A DNA stretch of 7,746 nt from Candidatus Altimarinota bacterium (GTDB lineage: Bacteria > Patescibacteriota > Gracilibacteria > UBA1369): NCBI GenBank assembly GCA_041659405.1, contig JBAZYK010000019.1, positions 1-7,746 on the forward strand. Direction: 5' to 3'. The notes under the pieces were generated by a model that had not been told where the DNA came from, made no database searches, and saw only the letters and a program-made list of their open reading frames with translations. Made by a program: the position numbers and the translations under genes. The first letter of the stretch is position 1; every line of letters starts with the position of its first letter. Of the stretch, positions 1 through 6,564 are shown in pieces.

Positions 1-3
1 ATG

Positions 4-48
4 GAGGGAATGGTGATGATTTAGTCATCTTTCATCATCCCTCTTTTT
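4..48 (+). terminator. Rho-independent terminator-like hairpin with T tract, probably for a gene upstream of the window
   Basis: GAGGGA(ATGG)TGATGA at 4-19 pairs with TCATCATCCCTC at 32-43 (12 bp, 4-nt bulge in the left arm), followed by TTTTT at 44-48. Confidence 0.55.
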
Positions 49-360
49 GTTGTGGCTTAAAACCTGTTTTTTCTCTTTCCCTCAATATCAAATCCGTCTC
101 GCACTCTCGAAATCTTGGAAAGGGGTGCATGGCTGCCTTATCACCGAAAGGGACTTGTGTGAATTGTAAAAATGTTGCGTGGTATGTTTACGTCCCAGGA
201 TGAGGGTGGTTTTACATGGTTTGCTTTTTGGAAAACTTATTTCAAATTCGATACTTCGGTGCCGAAGCTCTTAAAAATAGCTTGCTGCTGCGGAGTATTT
301 GACGCAGGCTGAAAAACGTTGCAAGGCGTCGAATGTGGACGTGTGCTTACTTTATATCTT

Positions 361-582
361 TTAGATATACCCTGATTCCTTTTTCAATTTTGGTAACTTT
401 TCTTTGGTTTCTTTGGAAACCAGCTTTGCGGCTTCTCCGATGATTTCAAGAAGGCGAACCATGGCGTTTTGAACAAGTTCATCCTTATGAAAACTGCCAA
501 TAGTTATTTTATTACAATGTCTTTCAATAAAACGAATTGAATCCAGAATGTGCTTTAAATAAACTTTATCGTCGCGAATCAT
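361..582 (-). pseudogene. HepT/DUF86-like HEPN protein, truncated after about 73 aa, lacking the C-terminal RNxxxH(xY) motif
   Basis: MIRDDKVYLKHILDSIRFIERH...ELVQNAMVRLLEIIGEAAKLVSKETKEKLP resembles the N-terminal half of HepT/DUF86 proteins (YLxxIL...A..R.LEIIGEAAK..S...). The ORF stops where the PW..I.gmRN..iH.Y segment would be expected. It overlaps the preceding MNT gene by 17 nt. Confidence 0.6.
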
Positions 583-871
583 AGATAACTTTTAAATCTT
601 TTTCGACGTATTTTTTGATTGAAGGATGAAGTGCTTTATTTGTTACCAAATCAACTTTTTTGATTTTAATCTTTTTGGCTATTTTGTCTTCAATGCCAAT
701 AATGTCAAAATAGGTCACTGGCTTAGAAAAGCTTACCAGCAGATCCAGATCGCTTTTTTTAGTTTCTTCACCGCGGGCATACGAACCAAAAAGAGCAGCA
801 TAGTTAATATTATACTGTTGAATGATTGGTAAAATTTGCTTAATAATGAGTTGTGTCTTTTTTGAAGCCAT
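566..871 (-). CDS. MNT-type minimal nucleotidyltransferase (MntA-like antitoxin)
   Basis: 101 aa with GSYARGEETKKSDLDLLV, matching the GS-x10-DxD nucleotidyltransferase motif, and a third acidic position in KKVDLVT. It lies immediately upstream of and overlaps the HEPN-like ORF. Confidence 0.85.
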   Translation of the reverse strand: MASKKTQLIIKQILPIIQQYNINYAALFGSYARGEETKKSDLDLLVSFSKPVTYFDIIGIEDKIAKKIKIKKVDLVTNKALHPSIKKYVEKDLKVIYDSRR

Positions 872-895
872 AAAAATTATTATTTATGCGTGTTA

Positions 896-924
896 ATGAT
901 AACATTTTTCGGTACATAAGTAAA
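896..924 (-). promoter_or_regulatory. Candidate sigma70-type promoter for the MNT/HEPN pair
   Basis: Minus strand TTTACT (-35, 919-924), 17-nt spacer, TATCAT (-10, 896-901), located 25 nt upstream of the ATG at 871. By-eye match only. Confidence 0.35.
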
Positions 925-937
925 AAATATGTTTTTC

Positions 938-966
938 TTGTCTGCTCAATCGTCCTGCGCTAGAGT
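938..966 (+). promoter_or_regulatory. Candidate sigma70-type promoter for the tpiA-led gene run
   Basis: TTGTCT (938-943), 17-nt spacer, TAGAGT (961-966), about 28 nt upstream of the tpiA ATG at 995. Both hexamers match consensus at 4/6. Confidence 0.35.
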
Positions 967-994
967 GTGAGGGACGTAATCTTTTTAAATCACC

Positions 995-1663
995 ATGAAA
1001 CTTCCGATCATTGTTGTTAATTTTAAAACCTATGAGCATGCTTCGGGCAAAAAGGCTTTGGAGCTTGCGAAAATCCATCAAAAAGTTGCGGAAAAAACCG
1101 GGGTTAATTTTGCGATTGCGGTGCAGCCGGTGGATCTTAGAATGATTACTGAAGCAGTTAACATTCCCGTGTTTGCCCAGCATTTTGATCCTGTGGAATT
1201 GGGGGCTTTTACCGGCCATTTGTCTCCACATGTTTTAAAGGATGCCGGAGCTTTTGGATCGCTTTTAAATCATGCAGAAAGAAAACTAAATTTGGATGTG
1301 ATTGAAAAATCCATAGAAAAAGCGCGTACGCTTGGCTTTTTTACGATTGTTTGCGCGGATACGGCTTATGCCGCAAAAGCTTTAAGTGAACTTGATCCCG
1401 ATTTGATCGCGGTTGAGCCACCGGAATTGATTGGTGGAGATGTATCGGTTTGCAGCGCGGAACCGCAAGTGATTATTGATGCTGTAAATATGATTGGAAA
1501 AGGAAAAGTATTAGTGGGGGCCGGAATCAAGACAAAAGATGATGTTTTACAATCTTTGCGATTGGGGGCAAGTGGTGTTTTGTTGGCTTCAGGAGTGACA
1601 AAATCAATGGATCCGGAAAAAACTTTAATGGATTTGGCACAAGGGGTTTTGGATTTTAATTAG
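995..1663 (+). CDS. tpiA: Triosephosphate isomerase, archaeal-type short form
   Basis: 222 aa. VNFKTY (Asn/Lys active-site strand), LLNHAE (catalytic His), DLIAVEPPELIGG (catalytic Glu), LVGAGI and LGASGVLLASGV match archaeal-type TIM rather than the bacterial GNWKMN / AYEPVWAIGTG pattern. Confidence 0.92.
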   Translation: MKLPIIVVNFKTYEHASGKKALELAKIHQKVAEKTGVNFAIAVQPVDLRMITEAVNIPVFAQHFDPVELGAFTGHLSPHVLKDAGAFGSLLNHAERKLNLDVIEKSIEKARTLGFFTIVCADTAYAAKALSELDPDLIAVEPPELIGGDVSVCSAEPQVIIDAVNMIGKGKVLVGAGIKTKDDVLQSLRLGASGVLLASGVTKSMDPEKTLMDLAQGVLDFN

Positions 1664-1690
1664 AAATTAGGAATTTTTTTTTGGAAAAGG

Positions 1691-1696
1691 TATAAT
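1691..1696 (+). promoter_or_regulatory. Perfect TATAAT -10-like hexamer upstream of hpf
   Basis: TATAAT at 1691-1696, 60 nt upstream of the hpf ATG. The -35 region is weak (TTAGGA/TAGGAA around 1667-1673), with a T tract between. Confidence 0.3.
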
Positions 1697-1755
1697 CCGG
1701 TTTGAATGCGGGGCCATTACTAATTATTAATTTTTAATTCTTAATTGATTAAATT

Positions 1756-2328
1756 ATGCAAGTTACGATTATCAACAAGCACCTCCATTTAAGCGATGAA
1801 CAAAGGGCTTATATTGAAGAGAAGGTTAATCATCTTAAACATTACGGAGAGCAGGTTGCCGATGAATCAACGCAGGTTCGTGTTGATGTCGAAACCAACA
1901 GCGTCAAAACAACCAATAAAAATATTTCGCTTCAAATAACAATGTTTGTTCCTCATTCGGTAATTCGTGCGGAGATTTTTGCCGTAACAATTGAAGAAGC
2001 GGTTGATTTGGCTGTAGAGAAATTGAAAAAACAACTGGAACGTTATAAGGGCAAAAAAAATCGTCGTGATCAGACAGGAAAATGGATTCCATCTTCAACA
2101 CTTGAACAGATTACTTCAACTCAAGAAGGAATGGCCGAGGTCGCGCGCATTTCTAAACGCAAGGTTTATGACGATCTTAAGCCAATGCATGAAGAAGAGG
2201 CGATTGAACAAATGGAACTTCTTGGTCATGATTTTTATGCGTTTATGAATGTTGATACTTCCAAGTTTTCCGTGGTTTATCGCCGTGAAGATACCAGTTA
2301 CGGTTTGTTGGAACTTGGAAATAAATAA
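1756..2328 (+). CDS. hpf: Ribosome hibernation promoting factor, long form (S30AE/RaiA family)
   Basis: 190 aa. N-terminal S30AE-like domain (MQVTIINKHLHLSDEQRAYIEEKVNHLKHY...) plus C-terminal RISKRKVYDDLKPMHEEEAIEQMELLGHDFYAFMNVDTSKFSVVYRREDTSYGLLEL, characteristic of the long-form HPF dimerisation domain. Confidence 0.93.
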   Translation: MQVTIINKHLHLSDEQRAYIEEKVNHLKHYGEQVADESTQVRVDVETNSVKTTNKNISLQITMFVPHSVIRAEIFAVTIEEAVDLAVEKLKKQLERYKGKKNRRDQTGKWIPSSTLEQITSTQEGMAEVARISKRKVYDDLKPMHEEEAIEQMELLGHDFYAFMNVDTSKFSVVYRREDTSYGLLELGNK

Positions 2329-2352
2329 TTTCCTTTTGTCTTAATTAGAATT

Positions 2353-3810
2353 ATGGTTATAACATTGATCTTTTTGACTGCGCTGTATTTTGTTTTTGCT
2401 TTGGTGAATTTGCGATGGGCCGTTTTGGTTTTGCCATTGTTCTTTCCGGCTTATCTGTTGAATTTTCAGATTGCCGGTGTTCCTTTTACTTTAATTGAAG
2501 GTTTTATTGATGCGACTTTTTTGGCCTGGGTTGTGCGGGGAATTTGGGATTTTTTTATGGCTAAAAAAACTGCCACGCATGGGGTGAGTATTGGTAAAAA
2601 GAAAAGTTTTGATTTTAAGCGGTTATCCTGGAAAATATGGTTTCCGATTATTTTGATTTTGGTTGGGGCTATTATTGGCACGTTGATCTCGGAAAAAGAG
2701 ATTTTTATGATGGACGGACGGACCATTTTTTATGGTCAAAAAACCGCCTTGGGAATTTTAAAGGGCTGGATTGTTACACCAATGTTAATGTCCATATTAT
2801 TCGCTTATGTTTTAAAGGTAAAAGAGGAGTATCGCCTGTTGTTGGATTTTTATACTGGATCGAGTGTTTTTGTGAGTTTGTGGGCGATCTGGCAGGTTAT
2901 AAGTGGTCAATATTTAACACCGGATTTGCGTGCCTCCGGGCCTTTTTTGTCGGCAAATTATTTGGCTCTTTATATTGCTCCGGCTCTTTTATATGCGGCA
3001 ATTCGTTGGCGAGAATTTTTACGTGAGGATCATGGGTTTGTTGTTTTTAGATGGTTGAAAGCTTTGCAGGCGAGGTTTGGGACAGGGCTCGATGGTTCGG
3101 TTCCCGCCAGAATGTTTTTTATGCTGGCTTTTTTCAGCATTGGATTTGCGCTTTTCTTTACCAAATCTTATGCGGCAATTTCGGCTCTGTTAATTGCTGT
3201 TTTTGTTTATTTTGGTTTTGATTCCGGTTGGTGGAAAGTATGGAGAGAAAAGAAAAATGCCAAAGTTTTTTGGGGAGTTTTGATCGGAGTTTTGCTGATA
3301 TTGGGTGTTTTGGCTTTTGCGGTTTTTCAGGCTGATCCACAAAAATGGAATAAGTTTTTTGAGTTTACCGAAAGAAGTTCTTCCGGAGTTCGCGTGGAAA
3401 TTTATGCAATTGCTACGCATTTGATCGCGGAACATCCTTTTGCCGGTATTGGGTTGGGTCAGTTTCCACTTTTTTATCAGTTACAGGGACCACGCATTTT
3501 AGGACACGTTCCTTATGAGTGGAACATGCTTCATCCTCACAATATCTTTTTTGCTTTTTGGTTGAATTTGGGAATTTTGGGAGTGTTTGCTCTGTTTTGG
3601 ATCCTCGCACTTGTGTTCAAAAAAGTTGTTCATGGTTTAAGGTCGTTATCAAGCCAAAAAACATGGTCGGTGGATAAATTAAGATTGGTCGGTTTTGCGC
3701 TCTTATTGGTAATTTTGGTTCATGGATTTTTTGATACACCGTTTTTCAAGAACGATTTGGCTTTGCTTTTCTGGTTAATTATTTCGGTTATTTTATGGCC
3801 ATATTTATGA
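2353..3810 (+). CDS. Polytopic membrane protein, O-antigen ligase / Wzy-like polymerase family
   Basis: 485 aa with many hydrophobic helices and a Wzy_C-like segment RSSSGVRVEIYAIATHLIAEHPFAGIGLGQFPLFYQ...NMLHPHNIFFAFWLNLGILG. Confidence 0.82.
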   Translation: MVITLIFLTALYFVFALVNLRWAVLVLPLFFPAYLLNFQIAGVPFTLIEGFIDATFLAWVVRGIWDFFMAKKTATHGVSIGKKKSFDFKRLSWKIWFPIILILVGAIIGTLISEKEIFMMDGRTIFYGQKTALGILKGWIVTPMLMSILFAYVLKVKEEYRLLLDFYTGSSVFVSLWAIWQVISGQYLTPDLRASGPFLSANYLALYIAPALLYAAIRWREFLREDHGFVVFRWLKALQARFGTGLDGSVPARMFFMLAFFSIGFALFFTKSYAAISALLIAVFVYFGFDSGWWKVWREKKNAKVFWGVLIGVLLILGVLAFAVFQADPQKWNKFFEFTERSSSGVRVEIYAIATHLIAEHPFAGIGLGQFPLFYQLQGPRILGHVPYEWNMLHPHNIFFAFWLNLGILGVFALFWILALVFKKVVHGLRSLSSQKTWSVDKLRLVGFALLLVILVHGFFDTPFFKNDLALLFWLIISVILWPYL

Positions 3811-4184
3811 AACCTTTGACGACGATTGTTGGGACAGTGATGAAGGGTGTTTTAATGGGGCGAAAAATTGGATTTCCCACTATTAATGTTGTTTTTGATC
3901 GGACTGATCTGCCTTTTGGCGTTTATTCGTGTCGGGTGTATACTCCGCTTGGTCTTTATAAAGGAGCGCTGCACTATGGTCCACGTAAGGTTTTAAACCT
4001 GACGGAGTCTGCGCTTGAGGTGCATTTGCTGGATTTTTCCGGCAGTTTGTATGGTGAAGAAGTGAAGGTCGATATATTTGAAAAAATTCGTGATACTCAG
4101 GATTTTGATAGTATGGACGTCTTAAAAAAACAAATCAGGCTGGATGTGGAATCTGTGAGGTCTATGGATATTCCGCTTACTTAA
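3807..4184 (+). CDS. Stand-alone riboflavin kinase domain (RibF C-terminal-like). The supplied ORF starts at 3795; the start at 3807 is preferred
   Basis: GTVMKGVLMGRKIGFPTINVVF...LPFGVYSCRVY...YKGALHYGPR...LEVHLLDFSGSLYGEEVKVDIFEKIRDTQDFDSMDVLKKQI matches flavokinase motifs. ATG at 3807 overlaps the upstream TGA (3808-3810) as ATGA. Confidence 0.85.
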   Translation: MKPLTTIVGTVMKGVLMGRKIGFPTINVVFDRTDLPFGVYSCRVYTPLGLYKGALHYGPRKVLNLTESALEVHLLDFSGSLYGEEVKVDIFEKIRDTQDFDSMDVLKKQIRLDVESVRSMDIPLT

Positions 4185-4206
4185 AGCATTTATATAAATC
4201 TTACCC

Positions 4207-5556
4207 ATGCTCATAAGTTATCTTCAGAAAAAAATTTCTTCTCAAAATCCAATTCGGCTTTTGTATCATAAAATCCTGGCGATTGCCGCGGCGGTTTATT
4301 ATCGTTTTCCGGCCAACAATTTAAGTGTGATTGCCGTGACCGGAACAAAAGGAAAAACCACTACCACCAATTTGATTGCCGGGATTTTAACGGAGGCAGG
4401 TTTTAAAGTTGGAATGACTTCAACGATTAATTTTCAGGTAGGGGATTTGCGTTGGAATAATGTGACCAAGATCACCACTTTGGGGCCGTTTTTTTTACAA
4501 AAGATTTTAAGACAGATGGTTGATGAAGGTTGCACTCATGCTGTTTTGGAAGTTTCTTCCCATGCGGTTAGTCAAAATCGAATTTGGGGCATAAACATTG
4601 ATACTGCGGTTTTAACAAATATTGGAGAAGATCATTTGGATTATCATGGTGGTTTCCAAAATTATTTGCGGACAAAAGGACTTTTGTTTGAAAGGCTTAA
4701 TCGCTCTGCGCGTAAACCAAATGTTCCTAAAAATTCGGTTTTAAATAAGGATGAAAGTAATTTTCTTTATTTTGATCAGTTCTTGGTGGATCGAAAATAT
4801 ACTTATGGAATGAGTGGTGCCACGGTTTATGCTACGAATTTGCAGCTTACTCCTGCGGGTTCCGTGTTTACGCTGAATGTTCCCAATAATAAGGTTGAAA
4901 TTCAGCTGGGATTACCCGGCAAGTTTAATGTTTATAATGCTTTGGCTGCTGCAACGGTAGCTCTTGCTCAAAATATTAACTTGGCTGTGATTAAAATGGC
5001 ACTCCAAAAGGCTTCATCTATTCCCGGTCGTTTTGAGACGATTGATTGCGGCCAGAAATACACGATTGTGGTTGATTATGCCCATACGACCGATTCTTTG
5101 GAAAAATTGTTGTCCTTATATAAAGATTTAACCAAAGGAAAATTGTATGCGGTTTTTGGGGCAACCGGAGGTGGCCGTGATAAAGGAAAAAGACCTAAAA
5201 TGGGTGCAGTTGCAGATAAATATGCCGATTATGTAATTGTGACGGATGATGATCCTTATGAAGAAAATGAGTGGGAAATCATTGAGCAGGTTTCAAAGGG
5301 CATTAAGCGTGCTGACGGTGAAAAGTTTTGGAAAATTCCATCAAGAATGGAAGCGATAAAATTGGCACTAACTTTGGCTCAAGAAAGCGATACAGTGGTG
5401 ATTGCCGGTAAAGGAGCGGAGGAAATTCAGATGCTTGGTGATAAAAAGATTCCGTGGGATGATCGCAAAGTGGTGCGCGAACTTTTGAGCAGTGCCATGC
5501 AGGTGGAAATTGGGCCCGGAAAAATGGTCAGCAAGGAAAATGTTTATATGAAATAA
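4207..5556 (+). CDS. MurE-like Mur ligase (UDP-N-acetylmuramyl-peptide synthetase family) without the canonical N-terminal domain
   Basis: 449 aa. VIAVTGTKGKTTTT P-loop, LEVSSHAVSQNRI, LTNIGEDHLDYHGGFQNYLRTKGLLF (HLDYH plus downstream Lys), VVDYAHTTDSLEKLL, GGGRDKGKRPKMG, VIVTDDDPYEEN, IAGKGAEEIQ, IPWDDRKVVRELL. Confidence 0.88.
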   Translation: MLISYLQKKISSQNPIRLLYHKILAIAAAVYYRFPANNLSVIAVTGTKGKTTTTNLIAGILTEAGFKVGMTSTINFQVGDLRWNNVTKITTLGPFFLQKILRQMVDEGCTHAVLEVSSHAVSQNRIWGINIDTAVLTNIGEDHLDYHGGFQNYLRTKGLLFERLNRSARKPNVPKNSVLNKDESNFLYFDQFLVDRKYTYGMSGATVYATNLQLTPAGSVFTLNVPNNKVEIQLGLPGKFNVYNALAAATVALAQNINLAVIKMALQKASSIPGRFETIDCGQKYTIVVDYAHTTDSLEKLLSLYKDLTKGKLYAVFGATGGGRDKGKRPKMGAVADKYADYVIVTDDDPYEENEWEIIEQVSKGIKRADGEKFWKIPSRMEAIKLALTLAQESDTVVIAGKGAEEIQMLGDKKIPWDDRKVVRELLSSAMQVEIGPGKMVSKENVYMK

Positions 5557-5565
5557 GCTAGTAAC

Positions 5566-6543
5566 ATGTCTAAACTTCACAAATCCAGCTTGCTCGGGTT
5601 TTTTCTTATTGATAAGCCTAAAAAGGTGACTTCTTTTTACGTTGTGAAGGTTTTGCGCAAGATTTTGAATATGAAAAAAATGGGCTTTGCGGGAACTTTG
5701 GATCCGCTCGCTTCGGGGCTTATGTTGGTTGCGGTAGGGGAGGCAACCAAGCTTTTGGCGGGCATGGAAGGTTTGGATAAGGTTTATGACGTGGAGATTT
5801 TTTTTGGGGCTCATTCCGAAACTTATGATGCGGAAGGGCCAATTCATGCAACTGAACTTGGGGGACGAATTGCGGAAGGTTTAAAGTTAAAAGAAAGTGC
5901 ATATCCGGATCCGCCAACCAGATCGCAAATTGAAAAAATTATTGAGGATCATTTTTTGGGTGAGAGACTGCAACAACCGCCAATTTATTCGGCTATCCAA
6001 ATTGAGGGTAAGCGGGCTTACGATTTGGCTCGAAAAGGAAAAAAGGTTGAACTTAAAAAGCGCAAAGTCCATTTTTTTGATATTCAGGTTAAGCACTTCA
6101 GCTGGCCAATTTTAAAGTGTCAGGTTCATTGCAGCAGTGGAACTTATATTCGCAGTTTTGCGCATGACTTGGGGCAAATTTTGGGTTGTGGCGGCTATGT
6201 GCATGATCTTAGGCGGACGCGGATTGGTACGCATTTGATTAAAAATGCTGTGTCGTTGGAAGGAGAAGGGCGGGCCGAGCTTAAGGATGCACTCACGCCT
6301 TTTAATTTTCAGCACCATCTTTTAAAACCGGAAGAGTTTTTTTCTGATTGGCAGCAGTATAATTTAACGCCTAAAGATTATGAATTTTTGGCTGTTGGTG
6401 GATTTGTGGAAAATTGTCCCGGCTTTATCCGTGGGCCAATCTTAGCCATTTATGAAAACAAATGCGTTGGAGTTTTGGAACTTTCGCATGACGGTCAATT
6501 GAAATTTGCCAAGAAATTTAATATAGTGGCGGGGAGCGATTGA
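5566..6543 (+). CDS. truB: tRNA pseudouridine(55) synthase
   Basis: 325 aa. GFFLIDKPKKVTSFYVVKVLRK and KKMGFAGTLDPLASGLMLVAVGEATKLL (catalytic Asp in GTLDPLASGL), YSAIQIEGKRAYDLARKG and CSSGTYIRSFAHDLGQILG are TruB signatures. Confidence 0.95.
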   Translation: MSKLHKSSLLGFFLIDKPKKVTSFYVVKVLRKILNMKKMGFAGTLDPLASGLMLVAVGEATKLLAGMEGLDKVYDVEIFFGAHSETYDAEGPIHATELGGRIAEGLKLKESAYPDPPTRSQIEKIIEDHFLGERLQQPPIYSAIQIEGKRAYDLARKGKKVELKKRKVHFFDIQVKHFSWPILKCQVHCSSGTYIRSFAHDLGQILGCGGYVHDLRRTRIGTHLIKNAVSLEGEGRAELKDALTPFNFQHHLLKPEEFFSDWQQYNLTPKDYEFLAVGGFVENCPGFIRGPILAIYENKCVGVLELSHDGQLKFAKKFNIVAGSD

Positions 6544-6564
6544 GCCTCCGCAAAAAAAATCTTC

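Noticed and set aside
102-112. GCACTC-like half site resembling part of the CIRCE heat-shock operator
   Set aside because: The matching inverted half (GAGTGC at the right spacing) is absent and no chaperone gene is adjacent.
172-312. 46-codon plus-strand ORF (MLRGMFTSQDEGGFTWFAFWKTYFKF...) in the intergenic region
   Set aside because: Short, no recognisable family, and no Shine-Dalgarno or other support. The region is better treated as unexplained noncoding until homologues are found.
626-832. 68-aa plus-strand ORF antisense to the MNT gene
   Set aside because: Complete overlap with the MNT coding sequence, whose nucleotidyltransferase motif is clear. The antisense product has no recognisable motif.
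893-1231. 112-aa minus-strand ORF antisense to tpiA
   Set aside because: It overlaps the strongly supported tpiA coding sequence, has no recognisable domain, and reads like a shadow frame.
2466-3610. Several ORFs (2466-2726 -, 2637-3026 +, 3158-3340 -, 3190-3435 -, 3413-3610 -) inside the Wzy-like gene
   Set aside because: Alternative-frame translations of a continuous 485-aa membrane protein frame, with no family signatures.
5368-5847. 159-aa minus-strand ORF spanning the Mur ligase/truB junction
   Set aside because: It lies antisense to two conserved genes and has a low-complexity, motif-free translation. Its length is explained by shadow-frame openness.
5887-6318. ORFs 5887-6096 -, 5897-6115 + and 6112-6318 - within truB, plus 6442-6771 - and 7484-7690 + over the transferase gene
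   Set aside because: All overlap well-supported coding regions in other frames and show no domain signatures.
6541-6564. Possible TGA readthrough or recoding fusing truB to the WecA-like gene, which are in the same frame
   Set aside because: No conserved gene in the window has internal in-frame TGA codons, the Wzy-like gene also ends naturally at TGA, and the linker ASAKKIF has no special features. The standard code fits, and the shared frame is likely chance.
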